From Mobula hypostoma (taxonomy: Eukaryota): a DNA stretch of 64,000 nt. This document shows, one piece after another, positions 47,301-59,700 of the stretch. The translations under genes were made by a program, and so were the position numbers. The stretch lies in NCBI RefSeq assembly GCF_963921235.1, contig NC_086100.1, forward strand, positions 202,928,001 through 202,992,000. Reading direction: 5' to 3'. The notes beneath the pieces were generated by a model. The model saw nothing but the letters and a program-made list of their open reading frames with translations, was not told where the DNA came from and did no database searches. Numbering within the stretch: position 1 is the stretch's first letter; each line of letters starts with the position of its first letter.

Positions 47301-50003
47301 GGAGCTTGGCCACAATCATACGGTGGTCAGTCCAGCACTCTGCACCTCTCATGGCACGGGTGATGAGAACATCCTTGATGTCACTGCTTTTCACAATGAT
47401 GAAGCCGATCATGTGCCAATGTTTAGAGCGAGGGTGCATCCACGAGGTCTTATATTTTGCCTTCTGCTGGAAGATGGTGTTGGTTATGGTAAGGTTATGC
47501 TTAGCGCAAAGAGTAAGTAGCCTCATGCCATTTGCATTCACCATGCTAATACCATGCCTACCTAGCACTCCACTCCATATCCTGTTGTTTTGTCCCACCC
47601 TATCGTTGAAGTCCCCAAGCAAAAGGATCTTATCATTCTTAGGGATCCGGCAAAGAGCTTCATCCAATGTCTGATAAAAGCATTCCTTGGCCTCATTCTC
47701 AGATGGCAAAGTTGGTGCATCGGCACTGAGAAGCGTGGCATTACGGTTCTTTGCCAGGGGTATACGGAGGGTCATTAGTCTTTCACTAAAGCCAGCAGGT
47801 GTTTCTGTAAGACTTGGTAGAAAGGTGTTCTTGATCGCCAAGCCTACTCCGTGGAGATGTTGTCCACCTGGGGAGGAAACCTTTCCAGGAGAAGGTGTAA
47901 CCCATCCCTTCCTCTGTTAAAGAGTCTTCATCCAGGAGCCTGGTCTCACTCAGGCAGCAATGGCGATGTTGTAGCACCTCAGCTCAGCAGCGATCAAGGC
48001 TGTTCTCCGGTGAGGTCTGTCAGAGAGGCCACACGAGTCCAGAAGAGTCCTTACATTCCATGTTGCCAGTTTTAGGCATACATTATCAAACTGGCAAACC
48101 TTATCAAATGCCTTGCTGAAATCCACATACACTACATCTACTGCTCTTCCATCATCAACGTATTTAGACATAGCCTCAAAAAATTCAGTCAGGCTCGTTA
48201 GGCACGATCTGCCCTTGACAAAGTCATGCTGACTATTCCTAATCATATTATACGTCTCCAAATGTTCATAAATCCTGCCTCTCAGGATCTTCTCCATCAA
48301 CTTACCAACCATTGAGGTAAGACTCACTGGTCTATAATTTCCTGGGCTATCTCTACTCCCTTTCTTGAATAAGGGAACAACATTCGCAACCCTCCAATCC
48401 TCCAGAACCTCTCCCGTCCCTGTTGATGATGCAAAGATCATTGCCAGAGGCTCAGCAATCTCCTCTCTTACCTCCTACAGCAGCCTGGGCTACATCTCAT
48501 CCGGTCCTGGTAATTTATCCAACTTGACGCTTTCCAAAAACTCCAGCACATCCTCTTTTTTAATGTCTATATACTCAAGCTTTTCATTCCACTGTAAGTC
48601 ATCCCTACAATCGCCAAGGTCCTTTTCCGTAGTGAACATGGAAGCAAAGTACTCATTAACTACCTCTGCTATCTGCTCTGGTTCCATACACACTTCTCCA
48701 CTGTCACACTTGATTGGTCCTATTCTCTCACGTCTTATCCTCTTGCTCTTCACATACTTGTAGAATGCCTTGAGGTTTTCTTTAATCCTGCTCACCAAGG
48801 CCTTCTCATGGCCGCTTCTGGCTCTCCCAGTTTCATTTTTAATTCCTTCCTGCTAGTCTTATAATCTTCTAGATCTCTACCATTACCTAGTGTTTTGAAC
48901 CTTTCATAAGCTTTTCTTTTCTTCTTGACTAGATTTTTAACAGCCTTTGTACACCATGGTTCCTGTACCCTACCATCCTTTCCGTCTCATTGGAACGTAC
49001 CTACGCAGAACCACACGCAAATATGCCCTGAACATTTGCCACATTTCTGCCGTACAGTTCCCGGAGAACGTCTGTTCCCAATTTATGCTTCCAATTTCCT
49101 GCCTGATAGTATCATATTTCCCCTTACTCCAATTAAACGCTTTCCTAACTTGTCTAGTCCTATCCCTCTCCAATGCTATGGTAAAGGAGATAGAATTGTG
49201 ATCACTATCTCCAAAATGCTCTCCCACTGAGAGATCTGACACCTGACCAGGTTCATTTCCAAATACCACATCAAGTACAGCCTCTCCTCTTGTAGGCTTA
49301 TCCATATATTGTGTCAGGAAACCTTCCTGAACACACCTAACAAACTCCACCCCATCTAAACCCCTTGGTCTAGGAGATGCCAATCAGTATTTGGGAAATT
49401 AAAATCTCCCAACAGGACAACTCTGTTATTATTACACCTTTCCAGGATCTGTCTCCCTATCTGCTCCTCAATGTCCCTGTTACTATTGGGTGGTCTATAA
49501 AAAAAACATCCAGTAGAATTATTGACTCCTTGTTTCTAACTTCCACCCACAGAGACTCCATAGACAATCCCTCCATGATGTCCTCCTTTTCTACAGCCGT
49601 GACACTATCTCTGATCAACAGTGCCACGCCCCCCACCTCTTTTGCCTCCCTCCCTTTCTTTTCTTAAACATCTAAAGCCTGGCACTCTCAGTAACCATTC
49701 CTGCCCCTGAGCCATCCATGTGTCTATAATGGCGACAACATCATAGCTCCAAGTACTGATTCACGCTCTGAGCTCATCCGCTTTGTTCATGATGCTTCTT
49801 GCATTAAAATAGACACACCTCAAACCATTAGTCTGAGCGTATCCCTTCTCTATCACCTGCCTACCCTCCCTCTCGCACTGTCTTCAAACTTTCTCTATGT
49901 TTGAACCAACTGCCCCTTCGTCTGTCTCTTCAGTTCGGTTCCCATGCTCCAGGGATTCTAGTCTAAACTCTCCCAATAGCCTTAGCAAACCTTCCTGACA
50001 GGC
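44338..50003 (-). mobile_element. CR1 LINE (end of ORF1, endonuclease, RT) hosting RTE copy 2
   Basis: ORFs 44319-44828, 47950-48441, 48490-48798, 48970-49383. CR1 continues in register across the RTE. Confidence 0.85.
44803..48097 (-). mobile_element. RTE-clade LINE copy 2, nearly the whole ORF, decayed; 12-bp TSD
   Basis: TSD ACCTTATCAAAT at 44791-44802 and 48098-48109. Starts at the APE motif LATWNVRTL; RT 45134-46144 (YADD); zinc finger 44856-45209. Confidence 0.92.
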
Positions 50004-52070
50004 CTACTGTCCATATCCTTTGCCCTGGCCGATCAGGAAACAATCACCTTCCGCCTTAAATATACCCACGGACTTGGCCTCCACTGCAGTTCCTGGCAGA
50101 GCATTCCACGGATTCACCAATCTTTGGCTAAATGAATTCCTCCTTATCTGTGTTCTGAAAGGTCGCCCCTCACTTTTGAGGCTGTGCCCTCTAGTTTTGG
50201 GTACGCCCACCATAGGAGGCATCCTCTCTGCATCCATCATATCCAGTCCTTCCAACAGTCAGTAGGTTTCACTGAGATCCACCCGTATTCTGCTGAATTC
50301 CAGTGAGTACAGGCCAAAAGCTGCCAAATGCTCCTCATATGTTAACCTCTTCATTCCCAGAATCATTCTTATGAACCTCCTTTGGACTCTCTCCAATGAC
50401 AACACATCCTTTCTGAGATATAGGGCCCAAAACTGTTGACAATATTCCAAGTGAGGCCTGACTAGTGTCTTATAATTATGAGCATTATCTCCTTGCTTTT
50501 ATATTCTATCCCCCTTGAAGTAAATGCCATCATTGCATTTGCCTTAAGCACAGACTCAACATGTAAATTAATCTTCTTTATACTTTATACTTCATTGTCA
50601 CCAAACAATTTGATACTAGAACGTACAATCATCACAGCGATATTTGATTCTGCTCTTTGTGCTCCCTGGAGTGCAAATCGATAGTAAATATTAAAAAAAT
50701 TATATTATAAATCATAAATAGAAAAGGGAAAGTAAGGTAGTGCAAAAAAAACGAGAGGCAGGTCTGGATATTTGGAGGGTACGGCCCAGATCCGGGTCAG
50801 GATTAGGGTCCTATTACCCTTGCCATTTCTTAACTCAACCCGTAGAAACTCTACACCTTCCAATCCTATGTCATCTCTTTCCAATGAGTTAATATTATTT
50901 CTTATACACATAGCCACACCAGCCTACTAATCTATCTTTCTGATACACTGTATGTCCCTGGACGTTCAGCTCCCAATGACAGCCATCGTTTAGCCAAGTT
51001 TCAGAGATGGCCACAACGTCATACTTGCCAATCTGTAGCTGAATTTCAAGATCGTCCATTTTATCTCTTATGCTACGTGCATTCAAATACAACGCTTTCA
51101 GTCCAGTATTTGTTACTTTCTGTTTTAACAGCCCCACGCCTCTATTGTCCTGTAACTCATCCCACTGGCTGCGATTAATCCTCATCCACTGCCTTTTCTT
51201 TCCATAATCTCTGTTGCACGCTGTCTTTGATTTATTTCTGTTTTCCCATTCCTCAGCCCTATCACTCCGCTTCCCATCCTCCTGCCAAATTAGTTTAAGT
51301 TCTCCCTAACAGCTCTGTTAAACCTGCCTGCTAGGATATTGGACCCCTTTGGGTTCAGGAGTAACCTGTCCTTTTTGTACAGGTCGTACCTCCCCCAGAA
51401 GAGGCCCCAATGATCCAGGAATCTGAAGCCCTGCCCCCTACTCCAGTCTCTCAGTCACACAATAATATGCCTGATTATGCTATTCTTGTGCTCATTAGCA
51501 TGTGGCACAGGCAGCAATCCTGAGATTACTACCCTGGAGGTCCTGCTTTTCAGCTTCCTACCCAGCTCTCTAAATTCTCTCTTCAGGACTTCCTCCCTTT
51601 TTCTACCTATGTTATTGGTACCAAGGTGTACCAAGACTTCTGGCTGTTCATTCTCTCCCTTCAGAATACTCTGCACCCGATCCAAGACAACCCGTACCCT
51701 GGTACCTGGGAGGCAACACACCATGCGGGTATCTCTATCAGGCTGACAGAACCTCTTGTCCGTTCCCCTCACTATGGAATCCCCTATGACTACCGCATTC
51801 CTCATCTTCCTCTTTCCCTTCTGCACCACAGAACTAGGCTCAGTGCCAGAGAACCGATCGCCGTGGTTGTCCTCTGTCAGGTCACCCCCCTCAACAGCAT
51901 CCAAAATGGGATAATGATTACTGAGGGGGATGGCCACAGAGGTTCTCTCTACTCTCCGAGCTTTTTCCTTTGCTCCCCTGACTGTCACCAACTTATCGAA
52001 CTCCTGCAGGCTCGGGCTGACTAATTCCCTGTAACTCCCTCCCTCTAACTCCCTGTGGCTTTCAAGGATG
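50004..52070 (-). mobile_element. CR1 fragments: 3' end (50004-50575) and ORF1 esterase/endonuclease start (50804-52070), with a Rex/L2-like tail between
   Basis: 51455-52070: VVIGDSIVRGTD...VHLGTNN (SGNH esterase); 50895-51185: ALYLNARS...VAISETW. Confidence 0.82.
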
Positions 52071-54070
52071 TTAAAATAAAAGGGAAAGGTGAACGGATAT
52101 AGGACCACTAGAAAATAAAGCAGTAGAAATAATAACAGGGGACAAGGAGGAGGCTGATGAACTAAATGAGTATTTTGCATCGGTCTTCACTGTGGAAGGC
52201 GCTAGCAGTGTGCCTGATGTTGTCGTGTGTGAAGAAAAAGGGGTGGGTGCAGTTACTATTACAAGACAGAAGGTGCTCAAAAAGCTGAAAGACCTAAAGG
52301 ATGAACTGCACCCTAAGGTTCTGAAAGAGATAGCGTTAGAGATTATGGTGGCATTAGAAAGGATCTTTCAAAAATCATTGGACTCTGCCAGGGTGCCAGA
52401 GGACTGGAAAATTGCCAGTATTACTCCACTCTTTAAGAAAGGAGGAAGGCAGCAGAAAAGAAATTATAGATCAGTTAGCCTGACCTCAGTGGTTGGGAAG
52501 ACGTTAGAGTCAATTGTTAAGGATGAGGTGATGGAGTACTTGGTGACACAGGACAAGATAGTACAAAGTCAGCATGGTTTCCTTCAGGGAAAATCCTGCC
52601 TGATGAACCTGTTGTAATTCTTTGAGGAGATTACAAGTAGGATAGATAAAGGGGATGCAGTGGATGTTGTATACTTGAACTTTCAGAAGGCCTTTGACAA
52701 GGTGCCACACATGAGGCTGCTTACCAAGTTAAGAGCCCATGGTATTACAGGAAAGTTCCTAACATGGTTAGAGCATCGGCTGATTGGTAGGAGGTAGTGA
52801 GTGGTAATAAAAGGATCCTTTTCTGTTTGGCTGCCAGTTACTAGTGGTGTTCTGCAGGGGTCAGTGTTGGGACCACTTTTTCTTATGCTGTATATAAATG
52901 ATTTAGATGATGGAATAACAACAAACAACAGGAATTCTGCAGATGCTGGAAATTCAAGCAACACACATCAAAGTTGCTGGTGAACGCAGCAGGCCAGGCA
53001 GCATCTCTACGAAGAGGTACAGTCGACATTTCAGGCCGAAACCCTTCGTCAGGACTGTCCTGACGAAGGGTCTCGGCCTGAAATGTCGACTGTACCTCTT
53101 CCTAGAGATGCTGCCTGGCCTGCTGCGTTCACCAGCAACTTTGATTTGTGTTGTTAGATGATGGAATAGATGGCTTTGTTGCCAATTTTTCAGATGATAC
53201 GAAGATTGGTAGATGGGCAGGTGGTGTTGAGGAAACAGGTAGGATGCAGAAGGACTTAGACAGATTAGGAGAATGGGCAAGAAAGTGGCAAATAAAATAC
53301 AATGTTGGAAAATGCATGGTTATGCACTTTGGAAGGAGAAATAAATGTGTGGACTATTTCCTAAATGTGGAGAAAGTCCAGGAATCTGAGATGCAGAGGG
53401 ACTTGGGCGTCCTTGTGCAGACCACCCAGAAGGTTAACTTCAGTCAGTGGTGAGGAAGGCAAATGCCATGTTAGCATTCATTTCAAGAGGTCTAGAATAC
53501 AAGAACAAGGATGTGACGCTGAGGCTTTATGAGGACTGGTGAGGCCTATTGTGAACAGTTTTGGGCTCCTCATCTTAGAAAAGATGTGGTGGCAGTGGAG
53601 AGGGTCCAGAGGAGGTTCACAAGGATGATTCCAGGAATGAAAGGGTTATCATATGAGGAACGTTCGATGGCTCTGGGTCTGTACTCGATGGAATTCAGAA
53701 GGATGGTGGGGGTTGGGGGATCTCACTGAAACCTTTCGAATGTTGAAAGACGCAGACAGAGCAGATGTGGAAAGGATGTTTCCCCATGGTGGGAGAGTCT
53801 AGGACAAGAGGGCACAGCCTCAGGATAGAGGGGCACCCTTTCAAAACAGAGATCCAGAGAAATTTCTTTAGTTAAAGGGTGGTGAATTTGTGGAATTTGT
53901 TGCCACATTCAGCTGTGGAGGCCAGGTTGTTGGATGTGTATAAGACAGAGATTGATAGGTCCTTGATTGGACATGGCATCAAAGGTTGCAGTGAGAAGCC
54001 ATGATTGAATGGTGGAGCAGGCTGAATGGGCCAGATGGCCAAATTCTGCTCCTGTGTCTTCCGGCTTTAT
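52071..54070 (+). mobile_element. CR1 LINE RT to 3' end, hosting the palindromic mini-PLE
   Basis: ORFs 52192-52617, 53148-53453, 53529-53729. Same subfamily as 1-2780. Confidence 0.85.
52918..53153. mobile_element. Palindromic miniature Penelope derivative (236 bp) with 15-bp TSD and two opposed hammerheads
   Basis: TSD TTAGATGATGGAATA at 52903-52917 and 53154-53168. Arms 52959-53055 and 53057-53153 are reverse complements (3 mismatches counted). Hammerhead motifs at 53021-53056 (-) and 53057-53091 (+). Confidence 0.9.
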
Positions 54071-54820
54071 GCTGTTCATTCAGGAGAATCTGTGGGAAAG
54101 TGTCTTCGCTTATTGGGGGTTGCGACCGTGGAACTAACTGCCAATGGAAATTGTGGCTGCAGGTTCGAAAGTTTAGATAATAGATGGATGGAAGTGGTAT
54201 GTCAGACTATGGTCCAATTGCAGGTTGATAGGATGAGGTAGAATAACCTGGGATGAAGTAGAATAATCTTTCAGCATGTATTAGGTGGTCCGGGGGCATG
54301 CTGTTTCTGTGCTGTAGTGTTCTATTGCTCTGTGAGAATAGATTCTGGGAAGAGGGACTGTGATTGCAATGACAGATTAGTTGGGCTTGAACTCTTTTCT
54401 TTGGAGAAGAAAAGGCTGGAGAGAATTGGTATTTGTAGAATGATGAGGGGTGGGCATATTGAGAGGCTGTACTCCCTACTGATGGGTTCTGCTTGTGGTT
54501 GAAACCTAGAATGCATTGCTTGTAGATGTGCTGAAGGAAGAACCATTGTGAATTGAATAAATATATGATGGTGAAAATGTTGCAAGTGTGTGGAGAAATG
54601 GCAGTGGTGGAGCAATTGGACTGTTGTTCTAGAACTAGCACGGACATGATGGGCTGAATGACCTTTGCATTAATTATTCTGTTTCTTTTATCAGGATGTT
54701 TGATAAATGCATGGTTTCCAAGAGATGCATAGATGCTGAAAATACATTAAAGTCATACTTCTATAGCTTATGTGTGGCCTAGAACTTCTCTAACTTTGAC
54801 TTCCAATTCTTTGTGCCTAG

Positions 54821-54900
54821 GGTGAAAGATATGCAACAGCAAGTGGAATTTCCCGAGGAAATGTGCTTGTAGCTGAGCAGCAGTCATTACCAAATGTCAG
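54821..54900 (+). CDS. FBXO41: Probable next FBXO41 exon (80 bp, phase 0 to phase 2)
   Basis: Non-repeat island with pyrimidine-rich ...TTCTTTGTGCCTAG acceptor and CAG|GTATGA donor. Open in phase 0 (GERYATASGISRGNVLVAEQQSLPNV), compatible with the 37459 donor. Protein similarity itself not recognisable. Confidence 0.55.
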
Positions 54901-55603
54901 GTATGAGAAACTGAGAATTGTTTTCATAGTGAAAGCAGACAATTGGAGTTTAACATAAACAGAAATCACTACGAAATGCACATCAGGTTAAGCAGCATCT
55001 GGAGAGAGAGCACTGAGTTAACGTTTCAAGTCGGGGGGTCACGTGGGGTCCTGGTATGGAGTAGACGTGTGTTCCAGGAGCTGCCCCTACCTTCACCTTT
55101 TGCCTCACCCAAATAGCAGTTAATTCTTATTTTTTAAGTGACTGAAGTGAGCTGTTATGGGCTGAACAAAATGACGAAGCCAGGTAAAGGGAAGAAACAA
55201 GGAAAGGGCGCTGGGAAGAAGATTCTGGCGAGAGTTCCACGAAGCCAGCGGGCCCAGGAGAAGCTAAAGCTAATGCCGCTAGCGCCCCGGACCCAATCGC
55301 CATTGAAGAAGTCCTTGTGGTGGTAAACAAGTTGTACAGTTTGGGAGACGGGAGACATGCAGAGCATAATAAGTTAGTCATGAACCTAACAGCGGCTCTA
55401 ACCAAAGTCAGTAAGCGTGTTTCTTTAATGGAGGATGCCGCCGAATCATATGAGAGGCGAATCGAAGAGTTGGAGAGGTGGCTTAATATCCCAAAACACA
55501 CAGCTACAGGCTAAGGTGGATGACCTTGAAGTTCGGTCTCACTGTTAAAACATTCGCTTTATTGGGGTTCAGGAGAAAGCCGAAAACAATAAGCTGACGG
55601 CTT

Positions 55604-56771
55604 AACTCTGCTCTCAAACGCATCTCCCCCATTTTACGTACATCTGCTCTCACTCCATCCTCCCGCCACCCCACTAAGAATAGGGTTCCCCTGGTCCTCA
55701 CCTACCACCCCACCAGCCTCCAGGTCCAACATATTATTCTCCGTAACTTCCGCCACCTCCAACGGGATCCCACCACTAAGCACGTCTTTCCCTCCCGCCC
55801 TCTCTCTGCTTTCCGCAGGGATCGCTCCCTATGCAACTCCCTTGTCCATTTGTCCCCCCCCATCCCTCCCCACTGATCTCCCTCCTGGCACTTATCCGTG
55901 TAAGCGGAACAAGTGCTACACATGCCCTTACACTTCCTCCCTTACTACCATTCAGGGCCCCAAACAGTCCTTCCAGGTGAGGCGACACTTCACCTGTGAG
56001 TCGGCTGGGGTGATATACTGCATCTGGTGCTCCCGATGTGGCCTTCTATATATTGGCGAGACCTGACACAGACTGGGAGATCATTTCGCTGAACACCTAC
56101 GCTCTGTCCACCAGGGAAAGCAGGATCTCCCAGTGGCCACACATTTTAATTCCACGTCCCATTCCCATTCTGATATGTCTATCCACGGCCTCCTCTACTG
56201 TAAAGATGAAGCTACACTCAGGTTGGAGGAACAACACCTTATATTCCGTCTGGGTAGCCTCCAACCTGATGGCATGAACACTGACTTCTCAAACTTCCGC
56301 TAATGCCCCACCTCCCCCTCGTACCCCATCTGTTATTTATTTATATACACACATTCTTTCTCTCTCTCTTCTTTTTTTCCCTCTGTCCCTCTCACTATAC
56401 CCCGTGCCCATCCTCTGGGTTTTTCCCCCCTCCCCCTTTTCCTTCTCCCTGGGCCTCCTGTCCCATGATCCTCTCGTATCCCTTTTGCCAATCACCTGTC
56501 CAGCTCTTGGCTCCATCCCTCCCCCTCCTGTATTCTCCTATCATTTCCAATCTCCTCCTCCCCCTCCCACTTTCAAAGTTGCTGGTGAACACAGCAGGCC
56601 CACTTTCAAATCTTTTACTAGCTCTTCTTTCAGTTAGTCCTGACGAAGGGTCTCGGCCCGAAACGTCGACTGTACCTCTTCCTATGATGCTGCCTGGCCT
56701 GCTGCATTCACCAGCAACTTTGATGTGTGTTGCTTGAATTTCCAGCATCTGCAGAATTCCTCGTGTTTGCG
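55604..56771 (+). mobile_element. Penelope-like 3' fragment (GIY-YIG + pseudo-LTR) inserted in L1 ORF1
   Basis: Near-identical to the reverse complement of 17663-18750; hammerhead at 56636-56671; ends GAATTCCTCGTGTTTGCG. Confidence 0.9.
56636..56671 (+). ncRNA. Minimal hammerhead ribozyme motif
   Basis: AGTCCTGACGAAGGGTCTCGGCCCGAAACGTCGACT, with core and GUC triplet intact. Confidence 0.75.
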
Positions 56772-59700
56772 TTTTTAAAGAGGCTACACCACTACCAGGT
56801 TAAAGAGCTGGTGCTACGGCTGTCCAGGCAGAGAGCTCTACTGCTGTATAATGGGCGTCCGGTGTTCATTTACCCGGATTTAACCTCGGCTACCATGAGG
56901 AAATGTCAGGATTTTCGGCACATTAAGGAGAAATGCAAAGCCAGGAAAATTAGGTGTGGATTCCGGTATCTGGCGAGGTTGGTGGCTACAGTTAACAATT
57001 CCACCAGTACATTCAGCACTTCAGCCGTAGCGGAGGAGATCCTGAGCCGAGAAGGTAAAGATTGGCATTCGGACACCGTATAAACCTAAAAACGGATTAA
57101 CGGATTAACACTGGGTTACTGGATTCGTCGTTGATCGATAGTGGCTTCATCTAGAGACTGTTTGTTACATTCAGCGCATGAGGAACTGAAAAATAAGCTC
57201 ACACTAAGATGTGGGTGAGGACTGATTGTTATTGTTTATCTTTCTATTTCATAGTGTATTTGTGAAGAGGTGTTTCTCCGGTGTTTAGTGAGTAATGGGT
57301 AGTTATCTCGCTATTCCGGGCCATGTGTGCGCTCTTGGATGTAGCTTTGACTCTAGGTTAGGGGTATGGAAGTACTACTCCTGGTGTGTTTTTATTTTTG
57401 GGAGGGTTTTTTGTGTTTCTCAAGGGGTTGTTACAACACATCTATTTGTTTGAGTTACTGTTTGTGTTACGCCACGACCATACGGCATATTTTTTTGTTA
57501 AGCAGCAGCCATGACATCTAATCTGCATTGTTGAGACTAAACTTGTCAGCTGGAATGTACGGGGGATGAATAGTCCACTGAAGAGAGGGAAGGTGTATGC
57601 ACATCTTTGTACACTCAAAGCTGATATTTGTTTTCTCCAAGAAACGCGCATTAAGAAAAGAGCAGTGAAAGTGCTTTGTCCCTCCCGGGCATCTCAGGTC
57701 TACCAGTCGAATTTTAGTACTAACACTAGAGGTGTTGCAATCCTAATAAAAAAATATACCGTTTATTCACACACAAACTATCGCTGACCAGAGGGGCAGA
57801 TATGTAATAGTAAGAGGAATATTAAATTCTATACCATTGACACTAGTGAATGTGTACAGGTCCAACTTTGATGATCCAATTTTTTTTCAGAACCTCTTTA
57901 AGGCCATGCCTAATCTGTCTGACTCTAACATAATTGTAGGTGGAGACTTTAATTACATTTTAGACTCCCTCCTTGATAGACAATGTCCCCAAGTTCGTTC
58001 ACTTAAAAATAGTGTAACACTTAATAATCTCATGCAATCGTATAACATAATGGATACTTGGAGGCTTCTTAATCGCACGAAGAAGGATTTTTCATATTTC
58101 TCCACAGTACATAAATCCTACTCTAGGATTGATTATTTTCTTTTAGATTCGAAATTGGTTTCGTCAGTAGTCGGTTTCACTTACCATAATATACTTATAT
58201 CGGATCATACTCCTGACTCCTGTCAAATTGAACCACAGAAGAGGTGAATATAGTTGGTGGTTAAATAATGCTTTGCTAAAGGATAAGGATTTTTGCTCTT
58301 ATCTTTCAGATAAGATAGATCTATACTCAAGCACCAATGATGTGGGCGGTGTTGATGATTCCACTCTTTGGGAGGCCATGAAGGCGGTTATTAGAGGTTG
58401 CATAATAGTATAGGAGACAGCGGAAAAAAGAAGATTCAAGAAAAGGTTAACTGAAATAGATGATCAGTTGGCAAGTCTGGAAACTTCTTACAGTATAAAC
58501 CAGGAAGCAGAATTACTTAATAAGATTACTGCCTTACAATATGAGTATAATTCTATAATGTCCAAGAGTGTTTCAAAACTACTGACACAAGTCAGACAGA
58601 GGTATCTTCAGCCTAGTGAAAAGCGCCATAAGTTATTAGTCCGTCAGTTAAGACAGATGCAGGCTTCCAGGACCATACATCGTATAAAGGTGAAAGATGG
58701 CTTTTTATTGATGGACCTGGAAAAAATTAATAAGTGTTTTGTGGAATTCTATGCTAATGTTTACCAATCACAAGACGGTCCGGAGGTTGAAGCTATGGAA
58801 GTATTTTTTGATAATCTGAATCTGCCCACGCTGTCAACAGATTCAGTAAATACACTTGATGCTGATATAAGCCTAGATGAGATCAAGAAGGTCATCTCTT
58901 CCCTCCCCAATAATACTTTCTTCAAAGTATTTGGTCCAAAATTGTCGCCTCTGCTCTTATGAATGTTGAATCACTCTAGGTTAGCTTCCAGATTGCCACC
59001 CACTTTATGTAAAACCAATGTTTCTCTGATTCCAAAACCAGGCCGTGATCCCGAAGTGGTTTCATCATATCGCCCCATTTCGCTGCTGCCCATTGAAACC
59101 AAAATTCTTGGGAAAGTCCTGGCCAATAGGTTAAAAGAACGTATTTGTTCTATTACTCATCCAGATCAAACTGCCTTTTTGCCAGGTAGACATATGCATT
59201 TTAATTTGCATCGTCTTTTCAATATTTTATATACAAAACATGCAGAAGAGGCTGTAGTCATTTCATTAGATGTGCAACGTGTGTTTGACCAAGTGGAATG
59301 GCCATATATGATGTTTGCCCTTAAGAAATTTGGATTTGGACCGTCCTTCATTAAATGGACTGAGATAATTTATTCACACCCAACTGCTTCTATTATCACT
59401 AATCAGAATATTTCCTCCCATTTTGCAATTCATCGTGGGACTCGTCAAGGCTGCCCCCTTCTCTGTTTTTGTTTGCAGTTATCACTGAGCCACTGGCTGT
59501 CAGCACCAGACAGGCCCCTTTGATATCTCCCATTGATATGCATGGACATGAACATCACCTTTCGTTATACGCTGACGATGTCCTTTTATATATCTCCAGC
59601 CCACAAGCATCAATATCCGCCCTTCTGACTCTAATTAATAATGTTGGTAGTTTCTCAGTTTTCTCTATTAATTGGGATAAGAATGAACTAATGCCAGTCA

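Noticed and set aside
47950..48441. Apparent CR1-RT/RTE-endonuclease fusion ORF (also 44319-44828, 10420-10650, 20952-21953 N-terminus, 29919-30158, 34516-34899)
   Set aside because: These are chance in-frame joins across insertion junctions; the TSD shows simple nesting.
50804..54070. Possible twin-priming 5' inversion of one CR1 (minus ORF1/EN joined to plus RT at ~52070)
   Set aside because: No TSD found and a large gap between the parts. The minus piece is explained equally well as part of the 50004-52070 minus-strand CR1.
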